DNA of 64,000 nucleotides, taken from positions 1 through 64,000 of IMG/VR virus record IMGVR_UViG_3300042988_001121; one strand, written 5' to 3'. Positions 9,803 through 19,442 of this stretch are shown one piece after another; positions within the stretch are counted from its first letter, which is position 1, and each line of letters begins with the position of its first letter. The notes beneath the pieces are model-generated. The model worked only from the letters and a program-made list of their open reading frames with translations, was not told the DNA's origin and searched no databases. Source of the DNA: a virus. Position numbers and translations under genes: made by a program.

Positions 9803-10585
9803 ATGTTTTATATGATCGGTCTACCAAGATCGGGTTCAACTGTTCTTGCTAGTATCCTTAATCAACATCCCGAGATTCATGTAACTCCAACTTCTCCTTT
9901 GCTGGATCAATTGGTTGCGAATCAGGATATCTATCATTCATTACAGGCAGTTCGCGCAAATCCTGTTCCGGGTCAACTGGAAAATATCACCCATTCCATT
10001 ATCAATGGTATGTACAGTCATATCAAGAAGCCTATTATCATTGACAAGAATCGGGGATGGGGAAAGAATGTCAGGGATGCAACCACACTTCTTGGAAAAG
10101 AAATGAAAATGATTGCGACCACTCGTTCACTTCCTGCGGTCATGGAATCTTGGCTCCGCATTATTAAAAAGAACCCCAATAGTTTCGTTCACCGTGAACT
10201 AAAAGGTCTTGTTACCGATGCTCGAATCCTTTCCTATATGTGGGAACATCAGGTCAAAGATTGTGTTGAAAGTCTTCATACCGCTATTCAATACAATAAG
10301 AAAAATGTATTGATCGTTGATTATGATGCTCTGGTAGATAACCCGGTCGAACAATTAAATCGAGTCGTTGAGTTTACGGGCGCATCTGATTTCACATTTG
10401 ATCTGAATAACATTAAGAGCGAAACGAAGGATGATGACCTTGCTGCATGGGGTATTGATGGCATGCATACTGTTCAGCCATCTCTGAAGCGTTTAAACGC
10501 GATTACAGGCGTTTTAACACAGGAGCAGTATGTTCGGTTCAAATCGCTTGAAAAATCGTTTGTAGGCGTTTTTAATGCGTTCTAG
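9803..10585 (+). CDS. Sulfotransferase 2
   Basis: GLPRSGSTVLASILNQHP, IDKNRGW, VDYDALVDNP. Confidence 0.85.
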   Translation: MFYMIGLPRSGSTVLASILNQHPEIHVTPTSPLLDQLVANQDIYHSLQAVRANPVPGQLENITHSIINGMYSHIKKPIIIDKNRGWGKNVRDATTLLGKEMKMIATTRSLPAVMESWLRIIKKNPNSFVHRELKGLVTDARILSYMWEHQVKDCVESLHTAIQYNKKNVLIVDYDALVDNPVEQLNRVVEFTGASDFTFDLNNIKSETKDDDLAAWGIDGMHTVQPSLKRLNAITGVLTQEQYVRFKSLEKSFVGVFNAF

Positions 10586-10766
10586 CCACATTCTAACATT
10601 GCTCAAGACAATTACTTGGCGAATAACAGGAAGTGGAGCGACTTTTGCAATATCTTACATCTATACAGGAAGTACTTCATTTGCCTCTGGTATTGCACTG
10701 ACTCAGATGGTTGTCAATAGCATCCTTTACTATGTACATGAAAGAATTTGGAATTATGTTGAATAG
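10575..10766 (+). CDS. DUF2061-like small membrane protein
   Basis: LKTITWRI..YY.HERIW signature with two hydrophobic segments. Confidence 0.7.
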   Translation: MRSSHILTLLKTITWRITGSGATFAISYIYTGSTSFASGIALTQMVVNSILYYVHERIWNYVE

Positions 10767-11367
10767 AATTTATATTGTTGATGATTTTTATCCTAATCCT
10801 GATGGCGTGATGGAGAATGTCTTTAATGACGAACGAGAAGATAACTCGGGCGGCAATTACGCGGGTGTCATGAATTCAACCAATTTCTTTACTCCTGAAC
10901 ATCAAAGAGTGTTTCAGCAATTGGTCGGGCATCCTGTTTCGGCAGGAACATCTTTAACCGGAAAGTTTCGTTTCTCGTGTGTCAATGATACTTATAAGCA
11001 GAATATTCATTTTGATGCCGGTGGTGAGAATCTTGCATGGGCAGGTGTTGTCTATATGCAGAAACATTATGAAGAAGGAATCGAAGGAACTTCATTTTAT
11101 AAACACAAGGAAACTGGATTAGAAGAAATACCTAGGTCGATTGAAGGTTGTTCTAAATATGGATGGAATTCAATTGCTGATCTTAAGAAGTTTCTGGATA
11201 CCGATGGTGTCGATGATTCGAAATGGATCAAGACACTAACAGTTCCTTATAAGTACAATCGATTGGTATTATTTCGCCCTTGGTTGTTTCATGCTCCGGG
11301 AAAGGCTTTCGGCAGTTCAATTGAAACATCACGAATCGTTCAAACAATTTTTCTTAATCAGGAATAA
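10756..11367 (+). CDS. DUF6445-like / 2OG-Fe(II) oxygenase superfamily protein
   Basis: IVDDFY.NPD start, IHFD...LFH facial-triad pattern, GTSFYKHK, YNRL.LF; start placed at ATG 10756. Confidence 0.7.
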   Translation: MLNRIYIVDDFYPNPDGVMENVFNDEREDNSGGNYAGVMNSTNFFTPEHQRVFQQLVGHPVSAGTSLTGKFRFSCVNDTYKQNIHFDAGGENLAWAGVVYMQKHYEEGIEGTSFYKHKETGLEEIPRSIEGCSKYGWNSIADLKKFLDTDGVDDSKWIKTLTVPYKYNRLVLFRPWLFHAPGKAFGSSIETSRIVQTIFLNQE

Positions 11368-11369
11368 AC

Positions 11370-11666
11370 ATGCCATTTCCAACATCAAGCGCTTCGTTCA
11401 ATGCAACGCCCGGTGCATATGATTACTCTGAAATTCTAGGTGCATTCTATACTATGTTCGAGACACGGTTGACTGCAATTGAAACTAACCAACTTGCATT
11501 AAATACTGATATTGCATCTATTAAAAATAATATCCAGACTCTTATGGATCGTGCGACCGATGCAAATAAAGGTATTGTCACTAAGGGTGCAGCGGAGTTT
11601 TCGCCCGAAGGTTATCAGACATATTTGCAACTCAAGGAATATTACACCGCACGCGGAATTGGATAA
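11370..11666 (+). CDS. Hypothetical protein
   Basis: 98-aa ORF in gene-dense + strand, SD AGGA. Confidence 0.6.
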   Translation: MPFPTSSASFNATPGAYDYSEILGAFYTMFETRLTAIETNQLALNTDIASIKNNIQTLMDRATDANKGIVTKGAAEFSPEGYQTYLQLKEYYTARGIG

Positions 11667-11670
11667 TTAA

Positions 11671-14433
11671 ATGCAGAATTTGTTCCATGACACAATGGCA
11701 GCAGCCGCAATGAATGTATTGCGCGAGAATCCTAATATCTCCAAGGTTGATAAAGGTCTGCTGCACGAAATCACGGTTCAAATAGCAAAGGCAACTGCAA
11801 AGGGAAACGAACCAGTTGCTGCCATGATCGATAATCTGGTCAACGAACTCAAAAAGAGCGAACAGATAAAAGATGATGCGTTTGAGAGACTTCTGAAATC
11901 AGAGAGAGAAAATACCAGACGTATTATTGATGCCCTCAATAAATGGAACGCAAAACAAGGTTATGGAACCGACAAGGAATCTATCAAAGATTCTATGCGC
12001 GAAGTCATTGAGAAGATCGAGAACTCCGAAGACAAGAAAGAACTTGCTAAGGAGTTCAAGGAATTCCATCGAGAGTTTATTGCAATCGTTGATACATTAG
12101 AGGCAGAGGCTCTAAAGAGTTCACATCATCTTAGTACAATAGAGCAACATACCAAAGAATTAAAATCAATTGACAAGGTTCTTCATACAATTGATGAAGG
12201 CGAACATCAGCTTGTTAATCAAGAGCATTCCGATTCAACTGTCAAAGAATCCTATACTTCCGAGACAGAAAAAACTTCTGATTCTGAGACAGAAAAAATT
12301 TCTGTTGAAAGTTCGACCGATACGCAAAAAACTAATAAAGTCGAAGCAAAGCAGTCTTCTGATACCAATGTACTAAAAGAAACTGTTGATCAGAGTTCAA
12401 AGACAGACGCGAAATCTGAAAATAAAACAAATACCACTGGACAGAATACACCTGAGACAAAGAAAGCAGTAACTGCCAAAGAAGCATTTGCCTCTGGTGT
12501 TAAACGTCATGCAGAAGATTATAACCCATATTATAGTCAGGGTATGACACATGACGTAAAAAGAATGGTAGGCGCGGGCGTTGCTAACGTTCTTATTACC
12601 AAATTAGCGCAGACAGGTAAGTTTGATAAGAACGGAAATGAAATTAAGCCGAAGGAACCTGAAGTCGATTCCGATGGTAATCCGATTATAAAGAAACCTT
12701 CATTCAAGGAAATGTTTGTTCAACAGGCGCAGATGCATGCTGAGAACTATAATCCTTATTTTAGTCGAGGTATCGTCGGTGATGTGATGCACATCGGTGG
12801 TATGGCTCTGCGTGGCGCTGTCATTCATAAAATATCTGAACTGTTCCATAAAAAGACTGTCGAGAAGAATACAGAACAGAAAGACTCGCCTGAATCTTCG
12901 ATTGAGCCGAAACAGCAATCTGATGTATCCGAGTTAAAAACAGCAACAGAAACCGTTTCAAAGAACACGGCAAATAATGTTGTGAATTCTTCTATTGAGA
13001 AGAAAGAATCTTCTACTGATCAAATGGTCAATATTTTGACCAAAAAATCTGATGAAATAACAACTGCACCAAGTGTTGTTATGGGCAAACCTTTAACCAA
13101 GGCAGCTATCAGAAAACAGGAAAAAGAAAAGAATCGGGTCAACTTCACTAAAGTCAAAAAGGCAAGAGAAGCCGCGATTGCTGATCCTACACCTGTTATC
13201 AATACGCCAGTTGAATCAAAGAAGATCGAACAGAAGATAACAGATTCTACAACAGAAAAGCTGTCTGATGTAGCAACTAAATCAAATAACGTTGAATCAA
13301 AGAATACAACAAGTTTACTGGAAAAGGTAAGCGTAAAGGCATCTGAATCAAATAATGTTTCTAACGTTGAATCAAAGAATACTAATTCATCACAAGTAAA
13401 AACATTATATGATGTAAATAAAACTTCTACTGATTCTCTGTCTGATGTAGCAACTAAATCAAATAACGTTGAATCAAAGAATACAAATAAAACTTCTACT
13501 GATTCTCTGTCTGATGTAGCAACTAAATCAAATAACGTTGAATCAAAGAATACAACAAGTTTACTTTCAAAACTCAGCCAAAATACATCTAATGTAGCCA
13601 GTAATGTTTTTGGTGCGCTGAAAGAAAAATACGATCAACTAACTTCTCGTAAAGAAAATAAAACTTCTACCAACGAATCTCTAAGAGATACTGTTATCAA
13701 TTTGCGCGGAAAGACTATTGTCAATTTCATGGGTAAATTGAAACAAGATCGCAAACAGTTGGAAGCAGTAGGAGAAGTAACAAAGAAAGAGTCAGATGAC
13801 AAGAAATCTTCTTTGCTGGATACGGCAAAGAATTTAGTCCTAGATAAGATCGGAAGCGTAACGAATTTGGTCAAAGGCGCTGCGCCTGCTCTTGGTGGTA
13901 TTGCTAGTGCTGCTGCACCGGTTCTAGGAGTCACTGCTGCCGCTGCTGGTGGCTATATGCTTGGCGACAAAATAATCAGACCTACACTGGATTCTTTATC
14001 AGAAAAAGTAACTGGTAAAAAAGGACAAACCCTTGGTGGCGCTATATATGATTTTTTCAATAAAGACGAGAACGCAAAAATAGAGGCGATGCTTAATGGT
14101 GATTCAAAAGAATTATCATCCAAGTCGTCAACCGTCACTAGCAAACAGTCCGATGCAGCTAAAGTGCTCGAATCGATGAAAACGACAAGTGCAACGACCC
14201 TCAGAGAAGCATCCGAGTTCAGAGACACGCAAAAAGAAAAACTAGAAACCAATAAACTCAATGAAATTGCTAAAAACACTGCACAGAGCGTAGTGATAAA
14301 TAATAGAACCAATAATGTAGGTGGTGGGAATGGTGCGCCAAATCAATTAGCACCAAGACCAATTATACGCAACCCGGATAGTACGTTCGAGAAAATGCAA
14401 ATGAAGGATTATTGGGGTCGTTTTGCATTTTAA
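11671..14433 (+). CDS. Long low-complexity structural protein, possible baseplate hub/tape measure (gp29-like)
   Basis: 920 aa with S/T/K-rich internal repeats, Ala/Gly-rich hydrophobic stretch and C-terminal VVINN..NN..P..RNPDST tail resembling T4-like hub proteins; assignment by pattern and position only. Confidence 0.45.
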   Translation: MQNLFHDTMAAAAMNVLRENPNISKVDKGLLHEITVQIAKATAKGNEPVAAMIDNLVNELKKSEQIKDDAFERLLKSERENTRRIIDALNKWNAKQGYGTDKESIKDSMREVIEKIENSEDKKELAKEFKEFHREFIAIVDTLEAEALKSSHHLSTIEQHTKELKSIDKVLHTIDEGEHQLVNQEHSDSTVKESYTSETEKTSDSETEKISVESSTDTQKTNKVEAKQSSDTNVLKETVDQSSKTDAKSENKTNTTGQNTPETKKAVTAKEAFASGVKRHAEDYNPYYSQGMTHDVKRMVGAGVANVLITKLAQTGKFDKNGNEIKPKEPEVDSDGNPIIKKPSFKEMFVQQAQMHAENYNPYFSRGIVGDVMHIGGMALRGAVIHKISELFHKKTVEKNTEQKDSPESSIEPKQQSDVSELKTATETVSKNTANNVVNSSIEKKESSTDQMVNILTKKSDEITTAPSVVMGKPLTKAAIRKQEKEKNRVNFTKVKKAREAAIADPTPVINTPVESKKIEQKITDSTTEKLSDVATKSNNVESKNTTSLLEKVSVKASESNNVSNVESKNTNSSQVKTLYDVNKTSTDSLSDVATKSNNVESKNTNKTSTDSLSDVATKSNNVESKNTTSLLSKLSQNTSNVASNVFGALKEKYDQLTSRKENKTSTNESLRDTVINLRGKTIVNFMGKLKQDRKQLEAVGEVTKKESDDKKSSLLDTAKNLVLDKIGSVTNLVKGAAPALGGIASAAAPVLGVTAAAAGGYMLGDKIIRPTLDSLSEKVTGKKGQTLGGAIYDFFNKDENAKIEAMLNGDSKELSSKSSTVTSKQSDAAKVLESMKTTSATTLREASEFRDTQKEKLETNKLNEIAKNTAQSVVINNRTNNVGGGNGAPNQLAPRPIIRNPDSTFEKMQMKDYWGRFAF
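13416..13555 (+). repeat. Exact in-frame 69-bp tandem duplication; a 49-bp sub-copy also at 13261-13309
   Basis: 13416-13484 equals 13485-13553 (NKTSTDSLSDVATKSNNVESKNT x2). Confidence 0.9.
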
Positions 14434-14441
14434 AGGTTTAC

Positions 14442-14735
14442 ATGGCTAAGATCGAACTATTAGAATTTGTCCCTATTATTCTTGCTGTGGTCGCAATTAT
14501 TTTTTCTTCTCTTAAAATGAGGAAAGTAAGAAGACTGTCTGACATGATTTATTGTATCGTTTCAGCGGTTTCTGCTATTCTTTTGATCATAGCACAGACA
14601 AGTTGGTGGAATTCCGCTGTCATTGAAAAGAATCTAATTGGTACTTGGTTGTCAAATCAAATTTGGTTGGTGTTTAATACACTTGCAATGATTGCAATCA
14701 TATTACAAACATATCCGAGAGCAGACGGAAAATGA
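14442..14735 (+). CDS. Multi-pass membrane protein
   Basis: Three hydrophobic segments; ATG 14442 after AAGG. Confidence 0.65.
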   Translation: MAKIELLEFVPIILAVVAIIFSSLKMRKVRRLSDMIYCIVSAVSAILLIIAQTSWWNSAVIEKNLIGTWLSNQIWLVFNTLAMIAIILQTYPRADGK

Positions 14736-15106
14736 AATGCTTTTTGATGCGGGAAAGGTTTCTGATCGTAGAAATGATCAGTGCCATTTCTTTTTTTGTC
14801 ATGTCTATTGCTCTGACAGGAATAAAGTATTCTTCTCCTGACGGGCAAGGCTCTTTATTTTGGGTAGTGTTGTTTACGGTGTTTGCTCTTTTGCAGGGTG
14901 CCGGAATTGCATTTCTTCGTGATATGATTTTGCTCAGAATTATTATGACATGGGTAGCAGGAAGTGTCTGGACATGGATTAGCTACGCAAATATGAATAG
15001 TGTATTGGTTGTCCCTATGTTTCTCGTTGGGATTGCTAATTTTGTTTCTTTCGTTGACCTTTCCAATCGTGCAACAATCGATTGGAGAGAATTTTTCCAA
15101 GAGTAA
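14732..15106 (+). CDS. Multi-pass membrane protein
   Basis: About four hydrophobic segments; ATGA overlap with the upstream gene. Confidence 0.65.
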   Translation: MKCFLMRERFLIVEMISAISFFVMSIALTGIKYSSPDGQGSLFWVVLFTVFALLQGAGIAFLRDMILLRIIMTWVAGSVWTWISYANMNSVLVVPMFLVGIANFVSFVDLSNRATIDWREFFQE

Positions 15107-15112
15107 GCCAAC

Positions 15113-16069
15113 ATGATTACCTCAAGACAAGGCTTGATAGATTATGCGCTCCGTAAATTGGGTGCACCAGTGATTGAAATCAATATCGATGTTTCTCAGG
15201 TAGAGGATAGAGTCGATGAAGCATTACAATTTTTTCAGGACTTCCATTATGATGCTACAGAGAGATTGTACCTCAAGCACCAGATAACAGGAACAATAAT
15301 TACGGTTTCGGATGCAACGAACTTTACTGTCGGCGAGAATGTTGTGTGTAGTAACGGAACTACGTTTGCGATTGATAGCAAAACACCAACAACCCTCATC
15401 ACAAAAAATTGTTATAACGCACAGGGTATTGATAAGCAGCCTGTGCCAGCATTATCAACAATTATCGGACAGACTTCTGGCGCAACCGCGACTGTCGTAT
15501 CAAAAGTTGCTGGTGACACAGAAAACGGATTTGTTACTGTCGGTGAAATGGTCACTGGTGTGACTCGGGTTCTTCCTTGGAGTGGTGCAACCAGCAAGAC
15601 TAATTATTATTTCGATCCAAAGTATCAGACAATTATTAGTTCATTTGCTAATATCAGTTCCACTTCAATGATCTATTTTGAGCAATTGCAGAGTCACATT
15701 GCTTTATTGGATCAATTACTAAAACCAATTGAGTCTATTTCTTTTAATCAGAAAATGAATAGCGTTCGCATTGACATGGATTGGAGCGAAGCGACTATTG
15801 GTGCTTTCCTGATTTTTGACTGTTTCAGAATTCTTGATCCAGAAGTATTCACGAAAATATACAATGATCGTATGCTGAAAAAGTTGGTCACAGCAAAGAT
15901 CAAATATCAGTGGGCAAGTAACACACAGAAATATCAAGGAATTCAGCTTCTTGGTGGGGTTACTATTGATGCATCAACTTTAATGGCACAGGCAGTCGCT
16001 GAAATCGAAGCCGCTGAAGCTGAGATTAGGGATTCTTATGAAATTCCTCCTATCGGGTTTATAGCATGA
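15113..16069 (+). CDS. 13: Neck protein gp13
   Basis: LIDYALRKLGAPVIEINID..QVEDRVDEALQFFQDFHYDA and KIYNDRMLKK..AKIKYQWASN..KY.GIQL.GGVT motifs. Confidence 0.92.
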   Translation: MITSRQGLIDYALRKLGAPVIEINIDVSQVEDRVDEALQFFQDFHYDATERLYLKHQITGTIITVSDATNFTVGENVVCSNGTTFAIDSKTPTTLITKNCYNAQGIDKQPVPALSTIIGQTSGATATVVSKVAGDTENGFVTVGEMVTGVTRVLPWSGATSKTNYYFDPKYQTIISSFANISSTSMIYFEQLQSHIALLDQLLKPIESISFNQKMNSVRIDMDWSEATIGAFLIFDCFRILDPEVFTKIYNDRMLKKLVTAKIKYQWASNTQKYQGIQLLGGVTIDASTLMAQAVAEIEAAEAEIRDSYEIPPIGFIA

Positions 16070-16587
16070 GTTCTATGTTCGCTGATTCAAATTATCCTGA
16101 AAGACGAAAAAGAAAAAGTCGTCGCGGAGAAGACACAAAGCCAGTTGTTAAGGAACCGGCTAACATACTATATCGTAGATACGTTGTTGCTAGATTATAC
16201 GTCGTTCTCTCGGTATTCACTTCAGTAGTAATGTCTATATTTGAGCCAGCAAGTATTCATCACCAAATATTTGATGCAACAGGAACAGGTTCTTTGTTGG
16301 TTCTTACTGCAATTGGTGCTATTGCAGGTATTGCATTTATGGACATTATTGTAAACGATCTTGCTCCGAATAAATATCAATTAAAGATTTTTTATGATAA
16401 TAGACATATATTGTATATGGCGTTATCTCTTGGAATGTATGGCATCAGTGCGGCAATGATTTTTACATATGGGGCAAGTGCTGTTCTCATTAGACTTTGG
16501 TTGGACGGTGGCGTTGCGGCAGCGGTAGCTGTACTTGATATATTTGCTAGACATAGGGGTGTCTCGTGGCAATCTGGTACGCCGTAA
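16066..16587 (+). CDS. Multi-pass membrane protein
   Basis: About four hydrophobic segments, basic N-terminus. Confidence 0.6.
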   Translation: MSSMFADSNYPERRKRKSRRGEDTKPVVKEPANILYRRYVVARLYVVLSVFTSVVMSIFEPASIHHQIFDATGTGSLLVLTAIGAIAGIAFMDIIVNDLAPNKYQLKIFYDNRHILYMALSLGMYGISAAMIFTYGASAVLIRLWLDGGVAAAVAVLDIFARHRGVSWQSGTP

Positions 16588-16994
16588 AAGTAATTAAATT
16601 TCTTCTTCTGCTCCTATGGAGTGTGACTGTTTCTGCTGCTGTTGCGGTTGCTGATCCTACAACGAATCCGTTCGGTGAAATTAGCGGCTTGCAAATACTT
16701 GTCATGGGTGCAATAAGCACCCTTAGTGGCGTTACGGCATTGACTTTGAGGATAGATGCTGAATTGGGTAGACACAAGTCAAAATCGCTTCCTAGACCCA
16801 TTCTATTCGCTTCTAGCCATATGCTCGGAAGTTGGTTAGCAGGAGTTTTGTCGTTCGCCATTTCACAGCATCTGATACTCGGTATCTGGTGGCAGATAGG
16901 TTTCATCATTGTTGCTAGTTTTACTGGAGCAAAGTTTGTTGAGCGCATGAGTGAACTCTATTCAGTGAAAATTATCAAGAGGGAGCTTCAATGA
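16566..16994 (+). CDS. Holin-like membrane protein
   Basis: N-terminal hydrophobic helix plus ~3 TM segments; ASFTGAKFVERMSE resembles phage holin C-termini; upstream of lysozyme. Confidence 0.5.
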   Translation: MAIWYAVKVIKFLLLLLWSVTVSAAVAVADPTTNPFGEISGLQILVMGAISTLSGVTALTLRIDAELGRHKSKSLPRPILFASSHMLGSWLAGVLSFAISQHLILGIWWQIGFIIVASFTGAKFVERMSELYSVKIIKRELQ

Positions 16995-17101
16995 TCGAAA
17001 ACATCTTTATTCTTGGTGGGTTGATCCTCATAGGTTCTGTGTTTGGGGCTTACCTATTTGAATTGATCGAGGAAATGATTAAAGGGGAAGATGAATGTTA
17101 A
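16991..17101 (+). CDS. 36-aa single-TM peptide (not in ORF track)
   Basis: MIENIFILGGLILIGSVFGAYLFELIEEMIKGEDEC*; ATGA overlap upstream, SD GGAG, fills the gap exactly. Confidence 0.55.
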   Translation: MIENIFILGGLILIGSVFGAYLFELIEEMIKGEDEC

Positions 17102-17637
17102 GTATACTTTCTGCTATATTGGGATTCGCGGGACCGTTTGTTCCTGAACTGATTAAATTCTTTCGCCAGAAACAAGACAACGCTCATGAATTAGCGGTTC
17201 TACAGTTTCAGGCACAGATTGCGGCACAAGAACATGCTTATCGAATGGAAGCAATCAATATCTCGGCAGATATTCAAGAAAGTGCAATCATTCATCAGCC
17301 GCAAATCAGCTTTGGTGTTCAGATATTAGACGCCGCAAAAGACTGGAGCAAAGTTTTTGTTCTACCAGTTTTCTATCTATTTGCATTCCTAGATTTTATC
17401 TCGGGGTTGGTTCGACCAGCGGTTACTTATGCAATTGTTGCATTTTATCTGATGTACAAATATGCGTTATTCGAAATGGCTCGTATTCAATCGGCTGATT
17501 GGAAGAATGCAGCAACAATGGTTTGGAATGCAGACGATCTTTCGCTGTTGCTACTGACTCTTGGCTGGTACTTTGGCAACCGTGCAGTGAAGGCAACATT
17601 CGGTGGTAGCGCAAATACGGGAAGACCCGGAGCGTAA
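17095..17637 (+). CDS. Holin-like protein (3TM type)
   Basis: LGFAGPFVPELIKFF..QDNAHEL, VRPAVTY..F, LGWYFG.R motifs. Confidence 0.6.
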   Translation: MLSILSAILGFAGPFVPELIKFFRQKQDNAHELAVLQFQAQIAAQEHAYRMEAINISADIQESAIIHQPQISFGVQILDAAKDWSKVFVLPVFYLFAFLDFISGLVRPAVTYAIVAFYLMYKYALFEMARIQSADWKNAATMVWNADDLSLLLLTLGWYFGNRAVKATFGGSANTGRPGA

Positions 17638-17639
17638 TA

Positions 17640-18143
17640 ATGAACATAGAAGATGGAAGATTGACTGTCTGGAAACGCGATGGTGCATTTGAAATACATC
17701 ATGTCCAGAAAGACAAGAACGATCCCAATAAAAGTGTTTCAGGTGAATGGCAACACACCAATGATTACAACCACAAATTCGTTTCAACTATGTTCAATAT
17801 GGCAAAACGAATAATTGATAGCGGGAATTCCGTTCGTATTATTGGCAATCACGAAAATAAAATGTTCGATAGATATCATCGAATCGCAAGTGTATTGGCA
17901 AAAAGACACGGATATACGGTTGGTAAACCGAAATTACATCATGCGGGCGATGGCAAATATTCAGAATTCATTGTAGGCAAAAATCTTTCTGAGCACTATT
18001 TGATCAAAATGGTTCAAGAAGCCGATATGAAAAATAGGAATAAGAAGAACAATTATGGACTCACCAATTATCGTTTTTGGTTAGGAGAAATGAGTCCTGA
18101 TTATGTTTCTTTAGAAGAAATTTTGGCTAATGGAAATGCTTAA
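17640..18143 (+). CDS. Hypothetical protein
   Basis: 167-aa ORF coupled to its neighbours. Confidence 0.6.
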   Translation: MNIEDGRLTVWKRDGAFEIHHVQKDKNDPNKSVSGEWQHTNDYNHKFVSTMFNMAKRIIDSGNSVRIIGNHENKMFDRYHRIASVLAKRHGYTVGKPKLHHAGDGKYSEFIVGKNLSEHYLIKMVQEADMKNRNKKNNYGLTNYRFWLGEMSPDYVSLEEILANGNA

Positions 18144-18687
18144 ACGGATATTCGATTCTATTACGGCTCCGATGCCAAGTGTAGCGCAGCCTGAAATCCA
18201 GATAACCTCAACTGGATGTAGGCGAGTATGTGATGCCGCAATCACAATGATTAGATCATTTGAGGGCATGGCTAATGTAAAGTCTGATGGTCTGGTATAT
18301 CCTTATCACGATGCGATTGGATTACCAACCATTGGTATTGGTCATCTTCTGAGTCGAAAGCCTTGGGACGATCTATCACAGTGGCAACCTATCACGCAAC
18401 AAGACGCAATTGAATTGAAATATCGTGACCTCGATAAATTCTCGAATGGCGTTTCTTTGCTGTTAAAAGTTCCTGTCACGGATAATCAATTTGGTGCATT
18501 AGTTTCTCTTGCATTCAATATAGGTCTTGGTAATCTTCAGGGAAGCACCCTACTGAGGAAATTAAATAGAGGCGATTCGGTCAATGAAATTGCCGAAGAA
18601 TTCATCAAGTGGAACAAAGCAGGCGGTAAAATTCTCAATGGTCTGACGAGAAGAAGAAAAGCCGAAGCGAAACTATTTTTAAGCTAA
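18130..18687 (+). CDS. Endolysin, GH24 lysozyme
   Basis: FEG...Y.D.IGLPTIGIGH, NQFGALVSLAFNIG.G, STLLRKLN, GLTRRR.AE..LF. Confidence 0.93.
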   Translation: MEMLKRIFDSITAPMPSVAQPEIQITSTGCRRVCDAAITMIRSFEGMANVKSDGLVYPYHDAIGLPTIGIGHLLSRKPWDDLSQWQPITQQDAIELKYRDLDKFSNGVSLLLKVPVTDNQFGALVSLAFNIGLGNLQGSTLLRKLNRGDSVNEIAEEFIKWNKAGGKILNGLTRRRKAEAKLFLS

Positions 18688-19442
18688 TGGCAACCAATTC
18701 ATATTTCCGCAGCACAATAGGTGTTCCAAGTGAACAGAACATCTATGAAAACATGATCATCGAATCTATTAAGATCGCTGGCTATGATTTTATCTATATC
18801 CCAAGAACCCTTAACAAGTTTGATCAGTTGTTCGGAGAGGATGTTCTTAGTAGCTTCGAGTCTTATGTTCCAATTGAAATGTGGATAGAAGATTTTTCTG
18901 GTTATGGTGGTGAATCAGAAATGTTGGCTAAATTCGGTATGGAAATACGAGATACAGCTACTTTCATGATATCAAGAAAGAGATTCAAAGAAACGGTTTC
19001 TCCTATATTTCCTGCATCAAGAAATGCTGCTGTCATGGATAGACCGAATGAAGGAGATTTGATATTTGCTCCTTTCTCTAAGTCTCTGTTCGAGATTAAA
19101 TTCGTTGAAGACGAGTACCCCGGATTTTACCAGCTTGGTAAGAAATATATATGGGCGCTTCGTTGTGAATTGGTTCAATTGAACAACGAAAAATTCAAAA
19201 CCGGTAATGCTGACATAGACGAATATTTTGGAACAAATATCAATAGATTAGATCACCGTATTCTAAACGAGAACGGTGATGTTTGGACTCTTGAGGCTGG
19301 CGGGACAATCCTGAGCGAAGACTACCTTGAATCCAAACCATTTGATGAAATGATTGGGTACGGTGATATGGATATTATTAAGAAAGAATTCTCGGAAATC
19401 ATGGACTTCACTGAAGATTCGCCATTTGGGGAGAATTTCTGA
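18687..19442 (+). CDS. 14: Neck protein gp14
   Basis: SEQNIYENMIIESIKI.G, YIPR, LFGED.LS.F, FG.EIRD, RPNEGDLIF.P, FYQLGK. Confidence 0.92.
   Translation: MATNSYFRSTIGVPSEQNIYENMIIESIKIAGYDFIYIPRTLNKFDQLFGEDVLSSFESYVPIEMWIEDFSGYGGESEMLAKFGMEIRDTATFMISRKRFKETVSPIFPASRNAAVMDRPNEGDLIFAPFSKSLFEIKFVEDEYPGFYQLGKKYIWALRCELVQLNNEKFKTGNADIDEYFGTNINRLDHRILNENGDVWTLEAGGTILSEDYLESKPFDEMIGYGDMDIIKKEFSEIMDFTEDSPFGENF

Noticed and set aside
1-11367. Diversity-generating retroelement acting on fibre or RCC1 genes
   Set aside because: No reverse transcriptase in the window, and no repeat pair differing only at adenines; the repeats are exact or differ at all bases.
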